Below are positions 49,143 to 58,522 of a DNA stretch of 64,000 nucleotides, one piece after another. The notes beneath the pieces are model-generated. The model had not been told where the DNA came from and made no database searches. It worked only from the letters and a program-made list of their open reading frames with translations. Source of the DNA: Bacteroidota bacterium (lineage in GTDB: Bacteria > Bacteroidota > Ignavibacteria > UBA10030 > BY39). The first letter of the stretch is position 1. Every line of letters starts with the position of its first letter. Both the position numbers and the translations under genes were made by a program. The stretch spans positions 24,023 to 88,022 of the forward strand of contig JAUXOG010000104.1 of the NCBI GenBank assembly GCA_030682385.1, given 5' to 3'.

Positions 49143-49571
49143 TTATTTTTCTACAACAATATTAAGTTGAATTGTTTGTTGAAACCGGCTGCACCATCCT
49201 TCTTCATCTGAACAATAAAAATATGTAAGTGTTCCTTTAAGTTGATGTTTTCCGGGTTTTAGTTTTTTATTCAAGGTAAAACTTTGCTTTACTGGTTTTT
49301 TCAAATTTAAATATTCGCTTCCTTTTGCTTTGGGAACATCGAGTTTACTTAATGCAGCAAATTTTTTATCTATTTCTACTTCAATAGGAGGGTCTAAATT
49401 TATGTGAATGCCTTCTTGCGTGGCGAATGTAAATAAAATTTCAGCATTACCGCCTGCTTTTATCGTTGCCGGTTTTACCGAAGTATATACCTGAACATAT
49501 TCGTTTTCGTCGTCACAGAACAGATATAATGGCAACAATAATAGTATGAAAATTGAGATTAGTTTCTGCAC
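49143..49571 (-). CDS. Small secreted/lipoprotein-like hypothetical protein. GTG start.
   Basis: Signal peptide MQKLISIFILLLLPLYLFC. No recognised domain. Confidence 0.5.
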   Translation of the reverse strand: MQKLISIFILLLLPLYLFCDDENEYVQVYTSVKPATIKAGGNAEILFTFATQEGIHINLDPPIEVEIDKKFAALSKLDVPKAKGSEYLNLKKPVKQSFTLNKKLKPGKHQLKGTLTYFYCSDEEGWCSRFQQTIQLNIVVEK

Positions 49572-49646
49572 ATTAACCTTTGTTTTTAAATAATACTACT
49601 CATTTTTACGAAAATTTAAGGGAAAAAGCAAATAGGCTATTGCTAA
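49570..49646 (-). promoter_or_regulatory. Promoter plus leader of gene 49143-49571, reading on the minus strand as TTGCTT-17nt-TAAAAAT then AAAGGTTAAT-GTG. This is copy 1 of a duplicated roughly 45 bp element.
   Basis: -35/-10-like hexamers with 17 nt spacing, and an RBS-like AAAGG 5 nt upstream of the GTG. A near-identical copy lies at 54688-54738. Confidence 0.45.
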
Positions 49647-49687
49647 TTGTATCTTTTTATATTATATATATAGTGAAAGGAAAAATT

Positions 49688-51949
49688 ATGAAAATTACAA
49701 TTCGTTTAATATTGTCGCTGCTTTTTGTCGCAATATTAGTTGCAGGCGTATTTTCATACTTTCAAATTCGCCTCGAAAGACAAGACCAGATTGAAGAACT
49801 TAATCGCCGCTGTATTTTGTTGGCTGAGAGTCTACAGGAATCCATTAAAAATTTACTTCCCCCTAATTATAAAACAAAGTTAAATCAATTAGTCGAAAAA
49901 TTTGGTAATCGGGAACGCCTTTACGGAATTGTAATATACGATGGTCAAAACGATATTTTAGCTATAACTCCAGGGCTTACAGTTAGAATTCCTGAACATA
50001 TAGCGCAGCTAAAATCTTCATTTGATGAAGACACAACAAAATATTCTGTTGAAACTTTACATAGTAAAGAAATTCATACCTATATCTATCTTATGAAGGA
50101 GGATGGGAAAGTACTCGGGAAGCTGGGGCTTTTTCATGACATTTCATACATTAACACGCGACTCGAAAACATTTGGCGATATAATTTTATTCGGCTTCTG
50201 ACTTTATCACTATTAATTATAGTTACAACAGTATTGGTTGTTCGTTGGAGTATAGTTGGCCCAATAGCTAAGATCGCTGATCGGTTAAAATATTTAAGAA
50301 TGGGTAAAAGCACAAAAAATATTGATATTCCCCAAGGAGATATTTTAGGTCCACTCGCTATCGAAGTAACTCACTTAGCAAAAAGTTTATCGATTGCAAG
50401 AGCAAAAGCTGAAGAGGAAGCCAGGTTAAGAATTATTGGCGAGAAGACGTGGACGGCAGAACGATTAAAAGAACATGTGCGTATGGAACTTGGTGAAAAG
50501 AATTTAATTTTGGTTTCAAATCGAGAACCATATATGCATATTAAAAAAGGTCGAAAAATAGAAAGCATTATCCCGGCAGGAGGTTTGGTTACGGCTTTAG
50601 ACCCGGTGCTTCGTGCTTGCGGAGGAGTGTGGGTAGCACACGGAAGTGGAGATGCCGATGTTGAGACTGCTGATAAAGATGGAAAATTAAAAGTGCCACC
50701 CGAGGAGCCACTATATACACTGAAGCGCGTTTGGTTAAACAAAGAAGAAGAAGAGGGATACTACTATGGATTTTCAAACGAAGGTATTTGGCCCCTTTGC
50801 CACATTACACATACCAGACCTGATTTCAGATTAGAAGATTGGATATATTATCAAAAAGTAAACGAAAAATTTGCTGAAGCTGTTTTAGAAGAAATAAAAA
50901 ATGAAAATGAACCATTAGTTATTATTCAAGATTATCATTTTGCATTATTACCTTTTTTGATAAAATCAAAAAGACCCGATGCTAAGGTTGCAATATTTTG
51001 GCATATCCCTTGGCCCAACCCGGAAGCGTTTAGTATATGTCCGTGGCAGAAGGAAATTTTAGTCGGTTTATTAGGTGCCGATTTGATAGGGTTTCATATC
51101 CAGTTTCACTGCAATAATTTTTTGGAAACTGTTGATAGGGTTTTAGAATCAAAAATTAATTGGGAACAATTTTTTGTAGAAAAAGGCGGTCAAACTACAT
51201 TTGTGAAACCATTTCCGATAAGTGTTGCTTTCCCAAGTCTTCTCGATGCGCAATTCGCTGAATCCAGATCAAACGAATTAATTAAATCGGAAATATTTAA
51301 TGAGTTAGGTATTGCGTCCGAGTATTTAGGTGTCGGAGTAGATAGGATCGATTACACAAAAGGAATCATCGAGCGGTTTAAAGCCATCGAAAGGTTTTTC
51401 GAAAAGCATCCCAATTACATAGGAAAATTTACTTTTGTTGAATTAGGAGCGCCAAGCCGAACTCATATAAAACGTTATCACGATTTAATTGCAGAAGTAG
51501 AAACCACGGTAGAAAAAATATGCTGGAAGTTTCAATCAATAAATTGGAAACCGATTGTTTTTCTTAAAGCACATCATAGTCACCAAGATATCAACCGTTA
51601 TTATAAAGGTTCAGATGTGTGTATGGTTACTTCGTTACACGACGGAATGAATTTGGTGGCTAAAGAATTCGTTTCCGCACGAAATGATGAAGATGGTATT
51701 TTGATTTTAAGCCAGTTTACCGGTGCATCGAGAGAATTACAGGACGCTATCATGGTCAATCCTTATGATATTGAACAAACGGCTGATGCAATATATACTG
51801 CCCTAAATATGAAAGTTGAGGAGAGGAAAGAAAGGATGCAGCATCTCCGCGGTGTAATTAGAGATCGGAATATTTACAGATGGGCTGGAAATTTGATTTC
51901 AACATTAAATCGAATTCGTATTTCAAAAGCTGTCGAAGAACCAGTTTGA
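49688..51949 (+). CDS. otsA: Membrane-anchored sensor-HAMP-trehalose-6-phosphate synthase fusion (GT20 OtsA catalytic domain preceded by TM1, a periplasmic domain, TM2 and HAMP).
   Basis: C-terminal roughly 480 aa carries the OtsA/GT20 pattern (LILVSNREPY...GGLVTAL...). The N-terminal roughly 250 aa has two hydrophobic helices flanking a roughly 145 aa loop, and a HAMP-like amphipathic segment (IVGPIAKIADRLKYLRMGK...). AAAGGA RBS before the ATG at 49688. Confidence 0.75.
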   Translation: MKITIRLILSLLFVAILVAGVFSYFQIRLERQDQIEELNRRCILLAESLQESIKNLLPPNYKTKLNQLVEKFGNRERLYGIVIYDGQNDILAITPGLTVRIPEHIAQLKSSFDEDTTKYSVETLHSKEIHTYIYLMKEDGKVLGKLGLFHDISYINTRLENIWRYNFIRLLTLSLLIIVTTVLVVRWSIVGPIAKIADRLKYLRMGKSTKNIDIPQGDILGPLAIEVTHLAKSLSIARAKAEEEARLRIIGEKTWTAERLKEHVRMELGEKNLILVSNREPYMHIKKGRKIESIIPAGGLVTALDPVLRACGGVWVAHGSGDADVETADKDGKLKVPPEEPLYTLKRVWLNKEEEEGYYYGFSNEGIWPLCHITHTRPDFRLEDWIYYQKVNEKFAEAVLEEIKNENEPLVIIQDYHFALLPFLIKSKRPDAKVAIFWHIPWPNPEAFSICPWQKEILVGLLGADLIGFHIQFHCNNFLETVDRVLESKINWEQFFVEKGGQTTFVKPFPISVAFPSLLDAQFAESRSNELIKSEIFNELGIASEYLGVGVDRIDYTKGIIERFKAIERFFEKHPNYIGKFTFVELGAPSRTHIKRYHDLIAEVETTVEKICWKFQSINWKPIVFLKAHHSHQDINRYYKGSDVCMVTSLHDGMNLVAKEFVSARNDEDGILILSQFTGASRELQDAIMVNPYDIEQTADAIYTALNMKVEERKERMQHLRGVIRDRNIYRWAGNLISTLNRIRISKAVEEPV

Positions 51950-51953
51950 CGAA

Positions 51954-52772
51954 ATGAAACCGAAGTATTTATTCGATAAAAGATATATTGCTTGGAATAC
52001 GCTCCAGATTAAATTGCTCAATTTGAATAGACCTATTTTTATTTTTCTGGACTATGACGGCACAATTGTTCCTATTCAAGAAAAACCTAAACAAGCAATA
52101 CTACCCGAATCCACAAAATTACTGCTCGACTCATTAGCTCATCATCCAAATGCTTATGTCGGGATTGTCAGCGGTAGGTCGATGAAGGATATCAGAAGAA
52201 TGGTAAAACTAACTTCTCTATTTTACATAGCCAATCATGGATATGAAATATATTCCAGAAAAATTAAATGGTCTCATCCGATAGTAACTGATATAGTACC
52301 AATACTGAAAAAACTCCGTACCAATTTTGAAAAGAGTCTTAAAGCAATCCATGGTGTTTTGATTGAAAATAAAATTATAACTTTAAGTATTCATTACCGA
52401 CAATTATCTGGAACTCCCGTTTCTACACTTAAAAAAATAATAAAAAGTAAAATGCAGGAGTATTCGCGTTGCCTGAAAATTTCTTCAGGTAAAAAGGTTT
52501 TTGAAATCAAGCCGAGAATTAATTGGAACAAAGGAAAGGCAATTTTTAAACTGATAGAATTATTTAATGTTACCGCAAAACCGCTCATCGTATATATCGG
52601 AGACGACAGAACAGATGAGGATGCCTTTCGGCTTTTGCCAAAGGAGGCATTTACTATCTATGTTGGTAGCAATTTCTCTTCGAAAGCAAAATATTTATTA
52701 AATCACCCGAATGAAGTTATTTTATTCTTAAAGAAACTGAATCATTCCCTCGTTCTTAGAAAGGAGATGTAA
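51954..52772 (+). CDS. otsB: Trehalose-6-phosphate phosphatase (HAD family).
   Basis: FLDYDGTIVPI HAD motif I and the GDDRTDEDAF motif. Confidence 0.8.
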   Translation: MKPKYLFDKRYIAWNTLQIKLLNLNRPIFIFLDYDGTIVPIQEKPKQAILPESTKLLLDSLAHHPNAYVGIVSGRSMKDIRRMVKLTSLFYIANHGYEIYSRKIKWSHPIVTDIVPILKKLRTNFEKSLKAIHGVLIENKIITLSIHYRQLSGTPVSTLKKIIKSKMQEYSRCLKISSGKKVFEIKPRINWNKGKAIFKLIELFNVTAKPLIVYIGDDRTDEDAFRLLPKEAFTIYVGSNFSSKAKYLLNHPNEVILFLKKLNHSLVLRKEM

Positions 52773-52776
52773 TAGT

Positions 52777-53451
52777 ATGGCTAAAAACGGACCATTTTAT
52801 TTCCATACCCGGCAAAACTTAATATATCTTACCGGAAGAAAAGCAAAAAATTTAAAAGAATTATTGGATGGTATTAAAGAAGCCCCCAGCTCGTCGATAT
52901 ATTATCATACTCATCATTATTTACAGCAGCACGAGTATTTATCACCCGAACCGCCAAACGATTTTGCTTATTGGATAAAAAATGTTTATCAAGAGAACGT
53001 CCTGGCTGAGAGGTTAGCGAGTATGGATTTAAGAACGTTTAATAGATTAAGAGATATTCGCTTGCGGTTAATTGAGATTATTCAAGAAGTGATTAACAGT
53101 GAAGGGTTTGCCGATCGTAACGTACCAAAGGGCATGGAATTTCATTTTATGAAAGCTCAAACATTTATTTTTCCTACAAAAAATCAAGCAAATAATTTAT
53201 TGGAATTTAAAGAGTCTCTGGCTAAGGTTTCGTTAAACTCAATTTATTTTCATATGTTTGAATCCAGACTTAGGCTTGAAAGCGACTTATGCGATTTTTC
53301 AATTTGGTTAAGAGATTCGCTTGGTGAAGATAAATTAGCCAAAGAGTTCAGCTCACTTGACCCGTACACTCACACTCTCGAAAGTTTAAGGTCTAAAATT
53401 ATCAAACTTATCACTAAACGAATCGAGGAGGCTGCAAATGTTAACAATTAG
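52777..53451 (+). CDS. Hypothetical protein (224 aa) within the trehalose module.
   Basis: Intact ORF overlapping the treT start by 14 nt. No motif recognised. Confidence 0.45.
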   Translation: MAKNGPFYFHTRQNLIYLTGRKAKNLKELLDGIKEAPSSSIYYHTHHYLQQHEYLSPEPPNDFAYWIKNVYQENVLAERLASMDLRTFNRLRDIRLRLIEIIQEVINSEGFADRNVPKGMEFHFMKAQTFIFPTKNQANNLLEFKESLAKVSLNSIYFHMFESRLRLESDLCDFSIWLRDSLGEDKLAKEFSSLDPYTHTLESLRSKIIKLITKRIEEAANVNN

Positions 53452-54658
53452 AGATTACGAACCGGTTGTTGGTGCTGATGTTATAGATGAGCTTGAGCTT
53501 TTTGCGGGCAGATTATCAGGTAAGGTCATACAGAACATAAATTCGACCGCAGTAGGAGGTGGTGTTGCAGAAATTTTAATTCGTATGATTCCGCTTCTGA
53601 AAGACATCGGCGTTGACGCCCGCTGGGATGTGATAAAAGGCGACGAGAAATTCTTCCAAGTTACCAAAAAAATGCACAATGCCTTACACGGCAGCAAGGT
53701 GAATTTTTCTAAAGAAGAAATAGAAATATTTATAGAAACAAATAAAATGAATGCGGCTAGTATGGATTTGATGGGAGATATTATGTTTATCCACGACCCG
53801 CAGCCGATTGGTCTCGTGGAAAAAAAGGTTAAAGACCAAAAGTGGATATGGAGGTGCCATATTGATTTTTCGAGACCGGACGAATTCACTTGGAATTTTC
53901 TGAAAAATTATATAGAGAAATACAACATTAGTATTTTTTCTGCTCCATCGTTTGCTCGTCAACTTGTAATCCCCCAAGTTTTGATATCCCCATCAATTGA
54001 CCCGCTGAGCGATAAGAATCGAGACTTACCGCGGGAGACAATAGACCGTGTGCTAGAGCAATTTAATATTGATAAAAACCGGCCTATCGTTACACAGATA
54101 TCACGCTTCGATTATCTCAAAGACCCGGTGGGAGTTGTAAAGGCTTATCACCAAGTTAAAAAGTATATAGATTGTCAACTCGTACTCGCCGGTGGCGGTG
54201 CTACAGATGATCCTGAGGGTGAAAAAGTACTCGCCGAAGTTCAAGAAGCTGTGGGGGTTGATAAAGATATTTTTCTATTATTACTTCCACCGGCAAGCGA
54301 TATTGAAATAAATGCTTTACAGCGAGCATCTACTGTGGTATTGCAAAAATCACTCCGCGAGGGTTTTGGATTAACAGTTGCCGAAGCGCTCTGGAAATCA
54401 AAACCGGTAATTGCTGGGGCTGTAGGTGGTATCCCTTTACAGATCACTAACAAGTACTCAGGTTTATTGACTAATACAATTGAAGGTACTGCTTTTGCGC
54501 TAAAACAATTACTGCAGAATCCAGATTATGCTAAACGCTTAGGTGAAAATGGACACGAGCATATAAAGAAAAATTATTTAATTACCCGGCATCTTAAAGA
54601 TTATCTATTGTTGTTTCTTTCGCTAGATCATCAGGGTGAGAATATAGTTAATTTATAG
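53438..54658 (+). CDS. treT: Trehalose glycosyltransferring synthase (TreT, GT4).
   Basis: NSTAVGGGVAEIL, WRCHID, SPSIDPLS, ITQISRFD, DDPEG, QKSLREGFGLTV motifs closely match archaeal/thermophile TreT. Confidence 0.8.
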   Translation: MLTIRDYEPVVGADVIDELELFAGRLSGKVIQNINSTAVGGGVAEILIRMIPLLKDIGVDARWDVIKGDEKFFQVTKKMHNALHGSKVNFSKEEIEIFIETNKMNAASMDLMGDIMFIHDPQPIGLVEKKVKDQKWIWRCHIDFSRPDEFTWNFLKNYIEKYNISIFSAPSFARQLVIPQVLISPSIDPLSDKNRDLPRETIDRVLEQFNIDKNRPIVTQISRFDYLKDPVGVVKAYHQVKKYIDCQLVLAGGGATDDPEGEKVLAEVQEAVGVDKDIFLLLLPPASDIEINALQRASTVVLQKSLREGFGLTVAEALWKSKPVIAGAVGGIPLQITNKYSGLLTNTIEGTAFALKQLLQNPDYAKRLGENGHEHIKKNYLITRHLKDYLLLFLSLDHQGENIVNL

Positions 54659-54687
54659 ACAGACTTTTATCAAGTATATTAATTTTT

Positions 54688-54738
54688 TCACATTAACCTT
54701 TATTTTTACGAAAAATTAAGGGAAAAAGCAAATGAAAA
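54688..54738 (-). repeat. Copy 2 of the promoter/leader element. It is followed on the minus strand by a degenerate remnant ORF (GTG-MKKLIYLIKVCL*) resembling the first codons of gene 49143-49571.
   Basis: cacattaacctttatttttacgaaaaattaagggaaaaagcaaat, versus 49570-49640 (with a 20 bp indel). Confidence 0.55.
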
Positions 54739-54932
54739 TTATTAACACGCGAGGTTGAGAGAAATGAACTACTTTTATGTGCGAACATTTACTGGGGTAG
54801 GTTATAATTTGCATCCTCAAATTGTGGAGCGTCATTGTTTAGCGTGTTAGGCGATTGTGGCAGCCTTCGTTCATCCCCTTCTTCTGAATAACATCAAAAG
54901 GTTTACTATATCCTTTTATCTCATCTTTGTTG

Positions 54933-55772
54933 CTAATGTTGCAAAACCAATGTTGGTGGCTGTGCTTTATCAAACTTTAATTTCGGTTGTATTTCGATTA
55001 GGCGAACTCGTTCTCTCGCAATTTTACAATACTCGTGGCTGATGTCAATACCAATGTAATTTCTATGCATTTCACAGGCTACTCTTGGCGTTGTTCCGCT
55101 GCCACACATTGGGTCAAGAACAACGTCACCGGAATTTGTCCAAGAGAAAATATGGTCTCTCACAAGTTCGCAAGGAAATGGTGCTGGGTGTCCTTTCGCT
55201 TCTTGGTCTTCTTGTCTTTTGCCGACGACATATTCCCAAATATTGCCTTTAATTTTTTTATCTTTTACTGGCTTTGCTAATTTCTCTCTTGTCTGCTCGT
55301 TCTTTGAATAGTTTTTGTAGGTTGTGCCGTTGAGTTCTAAACCTGCGTGCATACAGTCAACTAAGATTGGGTTATGTGTCTTAACTACGCCCTTGCTGAA
55401 TACGAACATATACTCAAACTCATTGGTGTATCTCTTGCGATAGATTTGAGGGATTGGATTTTTCTTTCTGAAAATCATTGTGTCGTGTAGATTGAACCCA
55501 ATTTCCTTAAAATACATAGCTTGCTTAAAACTTGTTCCAGTTTCCGTAGCGTCAATTGTTGCATCAGCAACAACCCAAACCACCACACCGCCTAGTTTTG
55601 TAATGCGGAATAATTCTTTTACTATGTCTTCAAATGGGAAAATATAGCCCTTATAGTTTCTTAAATCATCGTAAGGTGGTGAGGTAACAGTCAAGTCAAT
55701 TACGTCATCTTGAAATTTTTTCATTACTTCAACGCAATTACCTTCAATGATTTTGTTTATATATTTTTCCAT
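54933..55772 (-). CDS. Beta-class DNA amino-methyltransferase (N6-adenine or N4-cytosine), the partner of the adjacent restriction enzyme.
   Basis: LTVTSPPYDD (motif IV) after DPMCGSGTT (motif I), in the circularly permuted beta order. Confidence 0.8.
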   Translation of the reverse strand: MEKYINKIIEGNCVEVMKKFQDDVIDLTVTSPPYDDLRNYKGYIFPFEDIVKELFRITKLGGVVVWVVADATIDATETGTSFKQAMYFKEIGFNLHDTMIFRKKNPIPQIYRKRYTNEFEYMFVFSKGVVKTHNPILVDCMHAGLELNGTTYKNYSKNEQTREKLAKPVKDKKIKGNIWEYVVGKRQEDQEAKGHPAPFPCELVRDHIFSWTNSGDVVLDPMCGSGTTPRVACEMHRNYIGIDISHEYCKIARERVRLIEIQPKLKFDKAQPPTLVLQH

Positions 55773-55781
55773 ATTTTTAAG

Positions 55782-56696
55782 CTATATTATTGAGAATAAA
55801 CCATTGTCTGAAATCGCTTTAATTGTTTTAATCTTGCTTTCAATTTTGTGAACTTTAATAAGTTCTTTCAGAGCTTCTTGATGGCTCATTCGCATAATCT
55901 TTTCCCGTTCTTGTGCTAAAAAAGTCAGGGCTTCTTCCTTTGCAATGTTTATTGATTCTGTAGCTGCTTGTTTTTCAATACCCCAGAGATTTTCGATTTT
56001 TTTTGAAAATGTCAGCATAGCCTTGTTTACTGCTAACCAATAGTCGTTAGCGTTTTTAGAAGGATTGATGGCGGGAACAGTTTGAAAAATTGTTTTTAGC
56101 AGTTGTTGGGCTTTTGCTTTGCTTTCAACTTCTGAAAATGCCAAGAGTAAAGCGAGGTGTGAGTATGTAAAAACACAAACATTATAAGTAGTCGCTTGCT
56201 GATAGATTTGGCTTGAAGTGTTTGGAAGTTGATAAATTGGGCATACAACCATTGCATAGGGTTTGCCTCGTTTCCAACCGCCCATTGCCTGAACTTTAAA
56301 GTCCTTCTGGTTTTTAGCTGTTCTGCTAAGTCGGAAAGATTTAGCGTCTGCAACAAGACTGTAATCTTTAGCAAATGCTTCAACGTCTGCTGCATCGGCT
56401 CTTTCTTTCAGCACCAAACTTTTAAGCCCTAATGCTTTATAGGATAAAGAAAGTAAAGCGTCTGTGTATTTAGAGTAAAGTTTTTCTTCGCTTGTGTCGT
56501 GCCCATAAGATTCTGGTATATTACCGCAAAGTCTTAAATGGTCAATAAGTGCGGCTATTCCCGATTTTTTTATTTCTGCTTCTAATTCTTTTTCTAAACG
56601 GTCAGAGTCGTTACTGAAATTTCCGCTTAGTTTACGGATTTCGTCAACCCAATAAGCTCGCCTTTTTCCTGCTTTGTCCGATATAATATTTTTCAT
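55782..56696 (-). CDS. HindIII-family type II restriction endonuclease.
   Basis: LVADAKSFRLSRTAKNQKDFKV block, and the following Y/PxxQ...SQI region, closely resemble R.HindIII as I recall it. 304 aa (R.HindIII is about 300 aa). Confidence 0.6.
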   Translation of the reverse strand: MKNIISDKAGKRRAYWVDEIRKLSGNFSNDSDRLEKELEAEIKKSGIAALIDHLRLCGNIPESYGHDTSEEKLYSKYTDALLSLSYKALGLKSLVLKERADAADVEAFAKDYSLVADAKSFRLSRTAKNQKDFKVQAMGGWKRGKPYAMVVCPIYQLPNTSSQIYQQATTYNVCVFTYSHLALLLAFSEVESKAKAQQLLKTIFQTVPAINPSKNANDYWLAVNKAMLTFSKKIENLWGIEKQAATESINIAKEEALTFLAQEREKIMRMSHQEALKELIKVHKIESKIKTIKAISDNGLFSII

Positions 56697-56744
56697 TTCA
56701 TTTTTATTTCTTCAATGCTAATATATTAAATAAGAGAGTTATTA

Positions 56745-58016
56745 TCAAACGTTGATTGTTGTTTTCTCTTCCACTCTCTGCAGCAATATTAATCCCACGA
56801 GCATCAATACTCCAACTGAAATTATAGCAACCCGCTGGTTGAATCCCGAAGAGATAAAACCAAAAAGTAGAGGTCCGATGATAGCGGAAGCTTTTCCGAA
56901 GAAAGAATAAAACCCGAAAAATTCAGTCTTCTTTTCAAACGGTGTAATTTTCGACATCAAACTTCGGCTCGTTGATTGCGACGAACCAAGAGCCAATCCG
57001 GCAAGAACTCCTACAAAATAAAATATTACTTTGCTTGTAACAAAGTATGCAATCACCACAATAATTAACCACAAAATTAACGTGAGACTTAAAGTTCGCT
57101 TTTGCCCGAAGTGGTCAGAAAGAATTCCAAATAAAATTGAACCGATAATGGCTGAAGTCTGCACTATTGCGAAAAAGATTATGATTTCTGATATCTCGAA
57201 GTGCAAAGTTTCGCGTGCAAAAATTGAAGAGAAAATAATTATTGTATTAATCGCATCAATGTAAATGAAATAGGATAACAAAAACTTTCCGATGTTTTTA
57301 TATTTATTAAATTCTTTGAAAGTGGATTTAACTCTTTTGTATCCGATGCTCACGAAGTTTAATTTTAAACTTGCAGTTCTGTTTTTTTCCTTCAGGAATA
57401 GAAATAAGGGGATAGAAAAAATGAGAAAAAAACCGGCGCCAATCAGAAAACTTATTTGAACGTTAAAAATATTTTCAGGAACAAAACCTTTGATATAAAA
57501 AGGGAAGGCGATGAGCAAGGTAAACAGCGAGCCGATATAACCCATCGCAAAACCATAACCGGAAACTCTGCCATAACTTCGTTGAGTAGTAATTTCAGGA
57601 AGGAATGAGTCGTAAAAAACCAAACCCGCTTCGAAACCAATATTAGCAAGAATCAATAGCAAGATTCCTAATAAAACTGTTGATTCTGCCGTAAAAAATA
57701 ATCCGCTTGTTGCTAAAATACAGAGGAGAGTAAAAATAAGGAGGAAGCGTTTTTTACCGGCACCGTAATCAGCAACGGCGCCTAAAATGGGCGAAATTAT
57801 AGCAACAATCAGCATAGATATGCTGAAAGCTAATCCCCACAGGAAGTCGCCGTCTTTACCCCCTTGGTTTATAATTTCTTTAAAAAAAAGGGGGTAGCCA
57901 ACAGTTAGAATTAGAACATAAAAAGCGGTGTTTGCAAAATCGAAAAGAGCCCAGACAAAAATTTGAGAACGGTTAGAAGTATGGTGCAAATTTGCATCGG
58001 GGCTCTTATCGTCCAT
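56745..58016 (-). CDS. MFS transporter, UMF1/Atg22-like family.
   Basis: 12 predicted TM helices. N-terminal WALFDFANTAFYVLI pattern typical of PF11700. Confidence 0.7.
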   Translation of the reverse strand: MDDKSPDANLHHTSNRSQIFVWALFDFANTAFYVLILTVGYPLFFKEIINQGGKDGDFLWGLAFSISMLIVAIISPILGAVADYGAGKKRFLLIFTLLCILATSGLFFTAESTVLLGILLLILANIGFEAGLVFYDSFLPEITTQRSYGRVSGYGFAMGYIGSLFTLLIAFPFYIKGFVPENIFNVQISFLIGAGFFLIFSIPLFLFLKEKNRTASLKLNFVSIGYKRVKSTFKEFNKYKNIGKFLLSYFIYIDAINTIIIFSSIFARETLHFEISEIIIFFAIVQTSAIIGSILFGILSDHFGQKRTLSLTLILWLIIVVIAYFVTSKVIFYFVGVLAGLALGSSQSTSRSLMSKITPFEKKTEFFGFYSFFGKASAIIGPLLFGFISSGFNQRVAIISVGVLMLVGLILLQRVEEKTTINV

Positions 58017-58513
58017 TACTCTTTTGGGGGATTTGAGGGTTTCTGTGTCGGAGTTGTGGATTCAGAAATTAATCCGCGCCCCGATTTTTTCAATTTATTT
58101 TCTTGTTGTAGCTGGTCGTACACAGCATCAAGAACACCGTTAATGAACTTACCGCTTTTTTCTGTGCTGTAGTTTTTAGCAATTTCGATTGCTTCGTTGA
58201 TTGTTACTTTGGGTGGAATATCGTCGAAGTAGATAAGCTCGCATATTCCGATTCTTAGCAAAAATTTATCTATAACTGCAATCCGGCTGAATTCCCAGTT
58301 TGCTACTTTTGATTTTATAATTTCATCAAGCGTGTCTTGGTGCTGAATTACTTTATATATTATTTGTTTAGCAAAATCGAAATCGGTCTTGTTCGTTTGC
58401 AGCTCTGTTAAAACATCATCAATTACCTTTGTAATCGGTTCTTGTGATACTTCGTGAGCGTAAAGAACTTGTAGAACTTTTTCTCGTATTGCGCGTCGTT
58501 TAAATGTTACCAT
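58016..58513 (-). CDS. nusB: Transcription antitermination factor NusB.
   Basis: RRAIREKVLQVLYAHEV N-terminus and NusB-length core, with a short Pro/Ser-rich tail. Confidence 0.8.
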   Translation of the reverse strand: MVTFKRRAIREKVLQVLYAHEVSQEPITKVIDDVLTELQTNKTDFDFAKQIIYKVIQHQDTLDEIIKSKVANWEFSRIAVIDKFLLRIGICELIYFDDIPPKVTINEAIEIAKNYSTEKSGKFINGVLDAVYDQLQQENKLKKSGRGLISESTTPTQKPSNPPKE

Positions 58514-58522
58514 ACTAAATTT

